Under the pieces are notes generated by a model, which was not told the DNA's origin, did not search any database, and saw only the letters and a list, made by a program, of their open reading frames with translations. Positions 20,483 to 30,108 of a stretch of 64,000 nt of DNA are shown here, in pieces (within the stretch, counting starts at the first letter, position 1; each line of letters opens with the position of its first letter). This stretch comes from Candidatus Omnitrophota bacterium (lineage in GTDB: Bacteria > Omnitrophota > Gorgyraeia > Zapsychrales > Fredricksoniimonadaceae). Location: the NCBI GenBank assembly GCA_015233145.1, contig JADFYI010000004.1:4821-68820 (forward strand), in the 5' to 3' direction. Both the position numbers and the translations under genes were made by a program.

Positions 20483-21901
20483 CTAATATGCGCCTTTACC
20501 TTTAAGCACAACAGGTATTGTTTCTAAAAGAATATTAATGTCCAGCATAAACGACCAGTTATTAACATACCACGAATCCCATTTTATAAGGCGATGAAAA
20601 GGAAGATCGCTCCGGCCCCTCACCTGCCACAATCCTGTGATTCCGGGGCGAACCTCCAACCGTTTCAACTGACGCAGGTCTTCCTTTTCCACCTGGGTTA
20701 TAGGTAACGGCCTTGGCCCCACCAGGCTCATATCCCCCAACAAGACATTCACAAGCTGCGGGAGTTCGTCAACACTGTATTTCCTCAAAAACCGTCCTAC
20801 CTTCGTAATTCTGGGGTCGCGGCGAATTTTGAAAATCGGGCCATCGACTTCATTTTTGTGTTTAAGCTCTGTAAGTTTTTCATCCGCGTCCACCACCATA
20901 CTGCGGAACTTCCACATGTTAAACACCCGACCGCCCCGTCCGTATCGCCGGGAAAAATAAAATACAGCGCCACGGCTATCGAGTTTAATAGCAATCGCAA
21001 TGGCCAGAAAAAACGGAGAAAAAATCGCCAACGCCATCAAAGATATAAGAAAATCAAAAAACCGTTTGCCATACTGCAGGCGGTTATAGCCTGTCTCGCT
21101 ATATTCCAGAATCGGGATAAACCCAATATTATATTTAAAAATATCTCCCGAAGCCTTGTCAAAAGCATGCGGGACCACACGCACCCCGACATGATGCTCC
21201 TGGGCTGTTGCGATCATCTCGTATAAAACTTCACCGTGAGGATGAATCGTGACAAATATTTTGGAAACAAACCTGCGGCGGATAACATCTTTCAAATCCG
21301 ACAGTTTTCCCAGGACCTCATGCTGTCCGCCCAAATCAGCTGTCTTTTTATAATCGTCCAGGAATCCCACAACTTTTAACCCAAACCCCGGATGGCGCCT
21401 CAATTCCTCGGCCAGCATAAGCCCGACTTTTCCTGCGCCAATAATAACCACATTAAAATTGTTGTAGCCGTTGGCCGCCAGGAATTCGACAAAAAATCTT
21501 TTACCAATACGCCATAAACAAAAAAGCACTGCCGTAAAACTGACAATCAAAAGAAATGCCGAACGGGGAAATCCAACGATCTTCATGCTGTAAACAAAAG
21601 CAAGTGCCGTGACTGCAGCAAAAAAGACAGAGCGCAAAACCAGCCACAACTCATGGCTTTCAACCACTTCGCGCCGGGTCTGATAAAGCCTGTGCAGCCC
21701 ATTAAAGAACAAAACAATCACAAGCCATAAAACAAAAACCAAATGAAAGGGATTGGCTGTATCAAAAAAAAGCTGATGAAGATTTACAGGGAATGCGGCT
21801 TTCCTTAACCAACAGGCAAGAAAAATGCTTAAGAAAATACTGATAACGTCCAGGGCAACGTAAACCAAACGAATAAGAATAAAAAGAGTTCCACTGATCA
21901 T
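20483..21901 (-). CDS. Initiating polyprenyl-phosphate sugar-phosphotransferase (large WbaP/WcaJ-type bacterial sugar transferase)
   Basis: N-terminal TM bundle, a central Rossmann-like region (VVIIGAGKVGLMLA), and a C-terminal sugar-transferase domain (RRYGRGGRVFNMWKFRSM, DELPQLVNVLLGDMSLVGPRP). Confidence 0.85.
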   Translation of the reverse strand: MISGTLFILIRLVYVALDVISIFLSIFLACWLRKAAFPVNLHQLFFDTANPFHLVFVLWLVIVLFFNGLHRLYQTRREVVESHELWLVLRSVFFAAVTALAFVYSMKIVGFPRSAFLLIVSFTAVLFCLWRIGKRFFVEFLAANGYNNFNVVIIGAGKVGLMLAEELRRHPGFGLKVVGFLDDYKKTADLGGQHEVLGKLSDLKDVIRRRFVSKIFVTIHPHGEVLYEMIATAQEHHVGVRVVPHAFDKASGDIFKYNIGFIPILEYSETGYNRLQYGKRFFDFLISLMALAIFSPFFLAIAIAIKLDSRGAVFYFSRRYGRGGRVFNMWKFRSMVVDADEKLTELKHKNEVDGPIFKIRRDPRITKVGRFLRKYSVDELPQLVNVLLGDMSLVGPRPLPITQVEKEDLRQLKRLEVRPGITGLWQVRGRSDLPFHRLIKWDSWYVNNWSFMLDINILLETIPVVLKGKGAY

Positions 21902-21915
21902 AAAAAACTAAACCC

Positions 21916-22686
21916 TCACCGTGACTTCTTAGTTTTGAAACATAAATCCTGCAATACCCACCACAAAAAAAGGACATTGCCGATCAAATACCTTTTCCAT
22001 AACCTTTGCGGCTCGCTGCAAAGACGAAAAAGCCATTCCAGGCCTGAACGCTGCATCCATAACGGCGCCTGGGGCTTTATCCCGGCATGAAAATCAAAAG
22101 CAGCTCCTATGCCAACCACCACAGGGGCTTTCAAAACCTCTTGATTCAGACTCATCCAATAATCCTGCTTGGGAGAACCCAGCCCTACCCAAACAATATC
22201 AGGTTCAGCCCTGTTGATCTCCTCAGCCGTTTCAGGTGACAAAAGCTCTGCCTTTTCCATATAGGGCGGAGACATGGTTCCCACAATAGAAATCCCGGGA
22301 AACTGAGCCTTCAAAAACTTGACCACTTTATCACAAACAGCAGGGGTCCCGCCATAAAAAAAATGGCGAAGACCAACAGCCTGGCCAACGTCACAAAGCT
22401 TAAGCATCAGATCCGGGCCGTAAGTCCGTTTTACGTCTTTAAACCCCCTTGCCCGGCCATACCACACCACAGGCATGCCGTCAGGCGTTACCAGGGAAGC
22501 TTTGTTGATAATATCACGGTAACCAGGACTGCGCCTGGCATCCACAATCGTTGATACCGGCGCGACGCACACATAGCCACGCGACTTTTTCTGAACCATC
22601 CCTATGATAAGGCGGGCAGCTTTATCCAGATCAAGCACAGAAACATGAACACCCAGAAGATCAAAAGTTTCAACATCTGCCGGCAT
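21916..22686 (-). CDS. WecB/TagA/CpsF-family glycosyltransferase (GT26)
   Basis: FDLLGVHVSVLDLDKAARLI..., LVTPDGMPVVWYGR, GLGSPKQDYWM. These are typical GT26 motifs. Confidence 0.8.
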   Translation of the reverse strand: MPADVETFDLLGVHVSVLDLDKAARLIIGMVQKKSRGYVCVAPVSTIVDARRSPGYRDIINKASLVTPDGMPVVWYGRARGFKDVKRTYGPDLMLKLCDVGQAVGLRHFFYGGTPAVCDKVVKFLKAQFPGISIVGTMSPPYMEKAELLSPETAEEINRAEPDIVWVGLGSPKQDYWMSLNQEVLKAPVVVGIGAAFDFHAGIKPQAPLWMQRSGLEWLFRLCSEPQRLWKRYLIGNVLFLWWVLQDLCFKTKKSR

Positions 22687-22757
22687 AAGACATTCTCAAT
22701 CTTTCATGATCCCTTGTTTGCGGTCTTCATTATAAACAGGAATAATAACAGAAAATT

Positions 22758-24353
22758 TTATGGATGTTTTATCACAAAAGGCGAATCTATATTTTTCACA
22801 TTAACGGCAAAAGCCGCAAACGCCGCGTCAGGATAACTCAATTCAACAACTTCTCCTGGTTTAGCTGTTTTGGCCTTATCAACTAAAAACTTATCCTGCG
22901 TCCTTAAAGCATCATATGATGATTTGCCAAAATCAGATTTATGGGCACGAAAAACCGAAAAAGCTGTCAAAACCAAAGCCAAAATCATACAAACCATCAG
23001 GACTTTAGACGATTTTTTCATCTGTGCAGCTGTTGTCACAAAAATCAGTGCCAGAGGCACAAAAAGAAAGCGGCTCTGCTGGGCTCCCCACCACCAAAGC
23101 GCCCAATATATTACACAAAAGACCGGAATAATTGGAAAAATCTTTTTAGTAAACGCCTCTATCAAAAAAACCAGGAAAGGAATCAAAAAAAGCAAAAACA
23201 TTAAGCCTACTGGATAGTCAAAACGGTTGTTAACGCCTTTTTCCGGGACAGCTATCATCCAAAAATGTCTTAGCGCTGCAATAAGATCTTGGCCTTCTCC
23301 ATAATCATTTTTCATGGCTTTCCAGGCACACGATGTTTTTTCCAGCTCACTCATCCCGGAAAACTCTTGCTTTTCGCAGCGGTCTGTAAAGAAAACTCTG
23401 GTTAAGGGATACATCGGCGTACCGGACTTATCATAAGATTTTAAAAGAAACGGCCCGGCAATGAGTGTTGATACTAAAAAAAGTACCCCCCAAAATTGAA
23501 AATTCCTTAACGATTCGTGTTTCCCCAAAAAGCTGCCAAAACCCCATTGAATCTTGAACAGCTTCACTTTATTAATAATAAAAAATAATAATAACAGGAT
23601 GCCACAGGCTAAAACCATAAAAGACGGCATTAATGGCTTTGACCAGAGAAAAAAAGCAAACTCCACTGCGGCCAGCCCCCAAGCTCCCGCTATAAAACTA
23701 TCCACAGCAGCCAAAAAAAGATAACATAAAACAATATCGAGCATCCCAGTGCCTGCCTGGATCCCGAAATTATGGGAACCCATGATTGCCAAAGCCGACA
23801 ACACTCCGGCCCCGTGTTCTCCGCCGCTTAAACGCTTTCCCAGACAAAAAGCCAATCCCAAAACTCCTAAACAGAAAAAGAATTGAGGAAGTTTATTAGG
23901 CAAATTTGTGGCAAGCCAATAAGGGCTGAGAGCAAAATCAACTGGCAAAAGAAATAAATCCACGGGTGACCAGGAAATATATTGAAACGAGCCTGAAATC
24001 AAATGCTGGCGGGGGATCGTGATATGATAATTAATAATATCAAATTCCTGGGAAAGGTGCGGCGGCAAAAGGCTTGCCAGGAAAGCACACCCGATAATAA
24101 CGACTGAAGAAAATATCGCCGGGTAAAAAAACCAGGAAGGAATCCCTTCTAAAGAAAAAGAAGCCCGCCTCCACACGCTTCTTAGAAAAAATGTGCCCCT
24201 GGTAAAAACAAGAACCAGTAACACCAAAAGGAACAGGCTCCACGCCAGCCAGCTTGTATGCCCCGAAGGATGTTTAAAAAAATACAGCTCCAGCCAATAG
24301 ACAGGATACCCAATAAGCAAAAGAATTGTAGGAAGATGGGAAATTGGGATCAT
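22758..24353 (-). CDS. Polytopic membrane protein, GT-C-like (function unknown)
   Basis: More than 12 hydrophobic segments. The acidic/aromatic loop PPHLSQEFDIINYH resembles the first-loop acidic motif of GT-C enzymes. The track start at 24380 is GTG. ATG 24353 overlaps the stop of the upstream micro-ORF (ATGA). Confidence 0.55.
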   Translation of the reverse strand: MIPISHLPTILLLIGYPVYWLELYFFKHPSGHTSWLAWSLFLLVLLVLVFTRGTFFLRSVWRRASFSLEGIPSWFFYPAIFSSVVIIGCAFLASLLPPHLSQEFDIINYHITIPRQHLISGSFQYISWSPVDLFLLPVDFALSPYWLATNLPNKLPQFFFCLGVLGLAFCLGKRLSGGEHGAGVLSALAIMGSHNFGIQAGTGMLDIVLCYLFLAAVDSFIAGAWGLAAVEFAFFLWSKPLMPSFMVLACGILLLLFFIINKVKLFKIQWGFGSFLGKHESLRNFQFWGVLFLVSTLIAGPFLLKSYDKSGTPMYPLTRVFFTDRCEKQEFSGMSELEKTSCAWKAMKNDYGEGQDLIAALRHFWMIAVPEKGVNNRFDYPVGLMFLLFLIPFLVFLIEAFTKKIFPIIPVFCVIYWALWWWGAQQSRFLFVPLALIFVTTAAQMKKSSKVLMVCMILALVLTAFSVFRAHKSDFGKSSYDALRTQDKFLVDKAKTAKPGEVVELSYPDAAFAAFAVNVKNIDSPFVIKHP

Positions 24354-24451
24354 CTTTGTATAAAGACAAAAATGCGCCACACAACATAGGCAATGGTGAC
24401 GGCAATATAATAGAAATTCAAGAACACTGACAGGAGTTTCTTATTGTCCAT
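24350..24451 (-). CDS. Unannotated 33-aa single-TM micro-ORF, or a frameshifted N-terminal helix of the downstream membrane protein
   Basis: Own translation: MDNKKLLSVFLNFYYIAVTIAYVVWRIFVFIQR. The ATG overlaps the epimerase stop (TAATG) and the TGA overlaps the next ATG (ATGA). GGGAG lies 8 nt upstream. It is too short for the ORF track. Confidence 0.35.
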   Translation of the reverse strand: MDNKKLLSVFLNFYYIAVTIAYVVWRIFVFIQR

Positions 24452-25506
24452 TAAAACAACTCCCGGTTTTCCTGAACCCAGCGGACAATGCGCAAAACAC
24501 CTTCACGCGGAGTAACAGCAGGCTTCCAGCCAAGAGCTTTTTGGACTTTCGCAATATCGGAGATATATACCTTCTGGTCAAATCTTCGCCATTCTTTAAA
24601 GGCTACTTTGACTTTCTTGCCCGTAATATCCTCGAGGATGGCCAGGAGTTCCAAAAGCGACAATGTCTTTTTTCCGCCGCCGCCCATGTTAAAAACGCCA
24701 TACTTAAGAGGACTCTTGATAAATGAATCATACGCCTCAATCAAATCATCCACCCACAAGACATCACGCACCTGCTTGCCATTACCGTAAATAGTGATCT
24801 TATCCCCCAAAAGATAACAAATGGCAAACCAGGCAATCCAGCCCTGATCTTCAAACCCAAACTGGCGTGTCCCATAAATACAGCTCATACGAAAAATACC
24901 GGTTTTAATGCCATAGGTATGGGCAAAATCCTGGGTATAAAAGTCTCCGGATAATTTGGAAACGCCATAAGGCGTATGGCCCGCATGGTCCACTGTAAGC
25001 GTTTCGGAAACGCCATTCCCATTCTTAAAGGCATAACGCGTTTTGGTTTCTTTTAAAGGAATGTTATTGACGTTCTCGCCGTAAACCTTATTGGTGGAAC
25101 AGTAAATGAGCGTGCCTTTGGGATTAAAAGAACGCAGCATATCAAGGACATTGAGCGTTCCCGCACAATTGATGGAAAAATCTTCCTGGGGATTTTCCAA
25201 AGAAAAACGAACCCCGGGCTGGGCAGCCGCATGAATGACAACATCAGGCTTGTACTTCTTGAAGCATTTCTTAAGCGATGAGATATCGCGGATGTCGTTC
25301 TTCCAGAAATCTATATTTTTATACTGATGAAGATAATGCCAGTTGTATTCAACCGATTTCTTTTTAGAAGCAAAAATTTTAGACCGCATCAGATTATCGT
25401 AAACAATGACTTTATTCCGCCCGCCCCTGGCAAAATGCTCGGCGCAATGGGAGCCAATCATTCCTGCGCCGCCTGTAATCAGTATGCGCATATCCCCTCT
25501 TTTCAT
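24451..25506 (-). CDS. NAD-dependent nucleotide-sugar epimerase/dehydratase (extended SDR; CDP-paratose-2-epimerase-like)
   Basis: MRILITGGAGMIGSH, YGVSKLSGD (YxxxK), GNGKQVRDVLWVDDL. The start could instead be ATG 25491. Confidence 0.85.
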   Translation of the reverse strand: MKRGDMRILITGGAGMIGSHCAEHFARGGRNKVIVYDNLMRSKIFASKKKSVEYNWHYLHQYKNIDFWKNDIRDISSLKKCFKKYKPDVVIHAAAQPGVRFSLENPQEDFSINCAGTLNVLDMLRSFNPKGTLIYCSTNKVYGENVNNIPLKETKTRYAFKNGNGVSETLTVDHAGHTPYGVSKLSGDFYTQDFAHTYGIKTGIFRMSCIYGTRQFGFEDQGWIAWFAICYLLGDKITIYGNGKQVRDVLWVDDLIEAYDSFIKSPLKYGVFNMGGGGKKTLSLLELLAILEDITGKKVKVAFKEWRRFDQKVYISDIAKVQKALGWKPAVTPREGVLRIVRWVQENRELF

Positions 25507-25528
25507 AACCTGGGATTACACTAATTTT

Positions 25529-26623
25529 TCAAGGCCAAAAAACCTTGATCATATTATCTCCATAAGACTGCAAGGAATATTTTTCTTCAAACCGCTTGCG
25601 GCTTGCCTGGGACATGGCACGGCGCAAGGATTCATCAGCGAAAATTTGAGAAACCTTGTCGGCAAACAACTGTGCCTGCCCTTTTTCACATAAAAAACCT
25701 GTCTGCCCGTCAACCACAATCTCCGGAATAGTCCCTTCAATGGAGGCCACAACAGGCACCCCTTCACTCATGGCATGAAGGAGAACCAATCCAAATACAT
25801 CCCGTAACGTCGGGAAAAGAAAGACATCTGCCCCTCGAAAAAGAGCAGTCCTTTCAAGCACGCTGTCAATATATCCCATATACCGAACACGCCCGGGGTA
25901 TTGGGCCTGGAGTTTTTCCAGCAATACCCCCACCCCATCATTTTCAAGAGGGCCTGCAAATGTAAAATACGCCTCTCGGTCAGATCTTAGGACAATCGAA
26001 GCTATCTCAAAAGCAACATCAATGCCCTTAGGACGACTCAGATGCGAAAAATAAAGGACATTTTTCTTAGCCGGGCGATCCGGCACAGCCTTTAACTCCC
26101 TGGTATCCTCAACTGTTCCCGGAACAACAAAAATCTTTTCTTGAGCCATGAGTCCGGAATAAGCAGGCCTCACGCGTTCCCCCATCACAATACTGGCCGT
26201 TGAATGCTTGAGCATCCACAAAAGAAGACTCTTTTGCCAGCCAGGCAGGGAATCATAAAGCTCCCTGACATACTGGCCATGATCGTGAATAATAACCTTA
26301 CACCCCAAAACAATCCCGGTTGCGCAAAATAAAAAATCCTTTAAGAACGGCATCTTGTAAAAACTAATGTTAAACAAAATATATTGAGGACGAAAGGTCA
26401 AAACAATACCCCAAAACTGGGCATAATACTTTACAAGTTTAAAAAGCTTACCTAACGTAACTTTCTTATTAGTTTCATACGACCAAAAATGCATGTTAAG
26501 AAATTTAATATTAAAAGCCTCGGCAAAAGAAGAACGCATCAGCATTTCATAAAGCATGCTGTGGCCAAAATACGGTGGAGGAAGAACGCCGCAGATGAGG
26601 ATTCTTTCTTTTGAATGTCCCAT
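25529..26623 (-). CDS. Glycosyltransferase family 4 (GT-B, group 1)
   Basis: C-terminal ADVFLFPTLRDVFGLVLLHAMSEGVPVVAS...EIVVDGQTGFL, the E-x7-E type motif region of GT4. Confidence 0.8.
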   Translation of the reverse strand: MGHSKERILICGVLPPPYFGHSMLYEMLMRSSFAEAFNIKFLNMHFWSYETNKKVTLGKLFKLVKYYAQFWGIVLTFRPQYILFNISFYKMPFLKDFLFCATGIVLGCKVIIHDHGQYVRELYDSLPGWQKSLLLWMLKHSTASIVMGERVRPAYSGLMAQEKIFVVPGTVEDTRELKAVPDRPAKKNVLYFSHLSRPKGIDVAFEIASIVLRSDREAYFTFAGPLENDGVGVLLEKLQAQYPGRVRYMGYIDSVLERTALFRGADVFLFPTLRDVFGLVLLHAMSEGVPVVASIEGTIPEIVVDGQTGFLCEKGQAQLFADKVSQIFADESLRRAMSQASRKRFEEKYSLQSYGDNMIKVFWP

Positions 26624-26632
26624 AGGCCCCGA

Positions 26633-27343
26633 TTAAATAGCGGCAGGAGCTTTTTGCGCCACTGCCACAATGGATAGACCAATTCTATTAAAAGTCATCT
26701 TATCAACGACCCTCACAAGCGGAACAATCATATTAATAAGAGAGCCTTCATTCTCATCATGCTTGCCCTGCTTTAAAATACGCCCGTTAATAAACCACCA
26801 GGGAATTCCCAGCGCGCTATATTGGAAAGATTTCAGCATTGAAAATCCAACGGAAGAAAGGCGCTGCCTAATTTCATTTTCAGTGTACCGGCGAAAATGC
26901 AGATCATAAGCATCTGCCGCCCCAAAAAGCCATTTATGGGCTGGCACAACCAAAACGACCTTTCCGCCAGGCGCTAAAATTTTGTATAATTTCTCCAATA
27001 CACAGCGATCATCTTCAATGTGTTCCAAAACATTGGTCATGACAATCGTATCAATAAAAACATTTTTTAAAGCTCGCCCAACATGCGCATCATTAATATC
27101 TCCGAGAATCGCTTCAGCCTTTGGGCACTTTCTTCGAAAAATATCCATAAACTCAGCAGTACTATCAACGCCCATGACCCTTTTCTTATCAGTGAAGTAT
27201 TGTGTAATATTGCCCATTCCGCAGCCCACATCCAATATAGAGTCACCTAGAAAAGGGCAAATATTCTCATAAATATACCGATTATATTTGTCTATGCCGG
27301 AGAGATACTGCAAATTCTTCAAATACGTCGCCTGCGAACCCAT
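26633..27343 (-). CDS. Class I SAM-dependent methyltransferase
   Basis: ILDVGCGMGNITQYF (motif I), then VMGVDS and IVMTNVLEHIED. Confidence 0.8.
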   Translation of the reverse strand: MGSQATYLKNLQYLSGIDKYNRYIYENICPFLGDSILDVGCGMGNITQYFTDKKRVMGVDSTAEFMDIFRRKCPKAEAILGDINDAHVGRALKNVFIDTIVMTNVLEHIEDDRCVLEKLYKILAPGGKVVLVVPAHKWLFGAADAYDLHFRRYTENEIRQRLSSVGFSMLKSFQYSALGIPWWFINGRILKQGKHDENEGSLINMIVPLVRVVDKMTFNRIGLSIVAVAQKAPAAI

Positions 27344-27351
27344 AGATCTCC

Positions 27352-28068
27352 TTATTTTTTAATAGGACGAAAACGCCACTTGATCAGTGTTGCCAACGCA
27401 ATGAAGCCATCTTGAAGCTTAATTTTCTTTCCTTCAAATGTTCGTCGTCCATGATACTGTATTTCCACTTCGATAATGGGAATACCTGCCCGCAGCACCT
27501 TGGCCGTAAATTCCGGACAAAACTCAAAACCACGGGAGTGTAATGAAAACTGTTTTAAAACCTCTGGGCGAAAAACTTTGTAACCCGTTGCCTCATCAGT
27601 GATCGGGCTGCCATATAACAAGCGGACAGTCCAGGTTAAAATATAATTAGCGACCAAATTAAAGAAATGCATCCCCTCCGGCCAGCGCGTCTTCAGAAAA
27701 CGACTGCCAAAAACGACGCGAGTGGTCGGATTGTTCACAAAGGACGCCAATAATATCGGATAATTCACCATCGGATCATATTCGAGATCTCCATCCTGAA
27801 TGATCACAACGTCCCCCGTGCATAATTTTAACCCCACACGGACAGCGCATCCTTTTCCATGATTCACATAAGAATGATGGACTTTAAGTTCCGGAATATC
27901 CCCCAGGCTCTTTAAAAGTTCTGTCGTGCCATCTGAAGAGCCGTCATCAACCACAACAATCTCTCTTTCAGAAAAAGCCGGAGGCAATACCGCTCGACGG
28001 CATCGGGTAATAATTTCACCGAGCAATAACTTTTCATTGTAAACTGGAATAATAATGGAAAGTTTCAT
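27352..28068 (-). CDS. Glycosyltransferase family 2 (DPM1/polyprenyl-phosphate glycosyltransferase-like)
   Basis: MKLSIIIPVYNE, VVVDDGSSDGT, IIQDGDLEYDP. Paralogous to the CDS at 39778-40470. Confidence 0.85.
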   Translation of the reverse strand: MKLSIIIPVYNEKLLLGEIITRCRRAVLPPAFSEREIVVVDDGSSDGTTELLKSLGDIPELKVHHSYVNHGKGCAVRVGLKLCTGDVVIIQDGDLEYDPMVNYPILLASFVNNPTTRVVFGSRFLKTRWPEGMHFFNLVANYILTWTVRLLYGSPITDEATGYKVFRPEVLKQFSLHSRGFEFCPEFTAKVLRAGIPIIEVEIQYHGRRTFEGKKIKLQDGFIALATLIKWRFRPIKK

Positions 28069-28105
28069 ATTCTAAAATCCTTCCTTCTGGCACAACGTCT
28101 GCTTA

Positions 28106-30091
28106 TTATTTCAACCGACTTCCCGCAGATACGGTGTACACCTCCCAATGAGTGTCCGGTGTCGTAAGCACATGCTCAGGAAAATATTGCATAATAGAAT
28201 GCTTAAAATCACTCCCTTTTTCTTCGACAAATCTTGGATTGACAAGAAGATACTGGCCCTTCTCATACGGAAAGGTAATGCCAGAGTCTTTTAGATTAAT
28301 CCGGCTGTCAAAAATAATGTGAAAAACGGCGCTACTGTAAGTCAAAGGATAAACAATGGGCCTCTTGGAGGAGTTAATAAGGAATTTATTCAAAAAATTC
28401 GCCTCTTTAAACGTCAGCATATTCTTTTCCATGTAATCTTTTGTTTCCAAAAACCTGACTTTCGCTTGATAGCGCTGTTGAGAGGTAAATAAAAAAGGCC
28501 CAAAATAACGTTTTTCAAACCACCAGATTTGCAAGGCAAGCGACAAGACCAAAGACAATACAATCCACGCCTTGAGAATTTTCTGAAGAATTTTCCCTGC
28601 CTTGTCCTTTAAATCAACATCTTGATCGGCCATCAAGATACTGGCCATTATCATCAACGTGAGCGTGGCCAACAAGATACGGCTGTAATGATACCCCAGA
28701 CTCCAACAAATAAACTGAAAAGAAAATATGATGATAATCATGTTTAAGACTTTTTGTGATTTTCTGAAAAACGGCCAGATAAAGATACTTAAAATCAAAG
28801 GATAGGGCCACCCCATTGACGCGCACCGCACCGCCGCCATAGGAAAATGATTCAAAAATGGAATAACTTTGGCAAAAAGCTCGATCCCAATACCCAAAAC
28901 AAAAACCAAATAAACCTGCAAAATCCCCTGTGGAACTCCTACAATATTCCAACCTGCCCTAAAAAGCTCTCGTGAGTAAACATATTCTCCGTTCTGAAAA
29001 GGCCCAAACCCTTGCATGGGATAAAGTGGATTCTTATACACCAAGAAATTAACCATATACCCCGGGGCAGTTATAAATGCGGCCCCCAAGGCGAACGCTA
29101 AAATAATGACAAAAGACAACCCCGGTCTGCGCAGCCATCGGGTTAAAAAAAACCAGCCACAGGCAGAACAAAGCAGCAAAGAAAACGCCCCTGTTGGACG
29201 ATTCGCAGTAGCAAATGCGGCCAATAGCAAAGCTACTGCTGACAAAGAAAAAGACGTTCCTGTGGTTTCCCTGGATTCTTTCTCGTTCCAATAGAGAAAA
29301 AAAGCCATGATGATCGCCAAAAATGCTGCCAGCTCAAACATCATTACAACCGCATCAACTTTTAATGAAAGCGCAAGATATGACAATTCCGGCGTACTTA
29401 AGAAAGCCGCAACACCGACAAAAGCCCAAAACAAGCGTACCCGCATAAGCTTTAAAAACGTAAAGATTCCCACCGCACAAAACAAAAAATCAACCAATCT
29501 ATTGAGACGCACCAAATAAGTATCATTAACCAAGCCAAATAATTGCGCGTCCCAACTTTGAACAAGCTGTGAACAGACAAGCCCTTTAGGGCCGCCTTCA
29601 TAAAAAAGATCAAAAAATGACTTCCCTGAAGAAATAAGTTTAGATAAATACCCGTAAAGACCAGCCTCATCATGATCTCCCCAAGGTATCGTCACCCGGT
29701 AAAAATAAAGAAATAATATAAAAACTATAAAACTGATAACTAATTTCTCTTTAATATCCAGTTTTATAGCTTTGAAAAGACAGCTTAATTTCGAAAATTC
29801 TTTTAAAACTGGCCAGCCTACGATCAATAACAGGGCGCCCATAGCTCCGTTCAAATAATACCTCAACAGCAAAGATTCTCCTAAAAAGTATCCCCAAACT
29901 AAAATAATCGCCATCAGTCCGCTTGCCATAGCCCATGCTAAGAAAGATAAAAATAATAAAAAACAGGCGCGGCTCTTCTGATCAAAAAAGACACGATTAT
30001 TGAACGCTGGAACTAATGTTGAAACCAACAATCGCATTGAGGCCAAAAAAAATCCTGAAATGACTAATAACGAAGAAATTAGATTAACCAT
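28106..30091 (-). CDS. Polytopic membrane protein, GT-C-like (ArnT/PMT-like topology)
   Basis: 661 aa with many TM segments. The loop motif PWGDHDEAGLYGY resembles the DE..Y motif of GT39/GT83-type GT-C enzymes. A soluble C-terminal ~150-aa domain follows. Confidence 0.55.
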   Translation of the reverse strand: MVNLISSLLVISGFFLASMRLLVSTLVPAFNNRVFFDQKSRACFLLFLSFLAWAMASGLMAIILVWGYFLGESLLLRYYLNGAMGALLLIVGWPVLKEFSKLSCLFKAIKLDIKEKLVISFIVFILFLYFYRVTIPWGDHDEAGLYGYLSKLISSGKSFFDLFYEGGPKGLVCSQLVQSWDAQLFGLVNDTYLVRLNRLVDFLFCAVGIFTFLKLMRVRLFWAFVGVAAFLSTPELSYLALSLKVDAVVMMFELAAFLAIIMAFFLYWNEKESRETTGTSFSLSAVALLLAAFATANRPTGAFSLLLCSACGWFFLTRWLRRPGLSFVIILAFALGAAFITAPGYMVNFLVYKNPLYPMQGFGPFQNGEYVYSRELFRAGWNIVGVPQGILQVYLVFVLGIGIELFAKVIPFLNHFPMAAVRCASMGWPYPLILSIFIWPFFRKSQKVLNMIIIIFSFQFICWSLGYHYSRILLATLTLMIMASILMADQDVDLKDKAGKILQKILKAWIVLSLVLSLALQIWWFEKRYFGPFLFTSQQRYQAKVRFLETKDYMEKNMLTFKEANFLNKFLINSSKRPIVYPLTYSSAVFHIIFDSRINLKDSGITFPYEKGQYLLVNPRFVEEKGSDFKHSIMQYFPEHVLTTPDTHWEVYTVSAGSRLK

Positions 30092-30108
30092 ACAAAAACT
30101 CCAACCGA

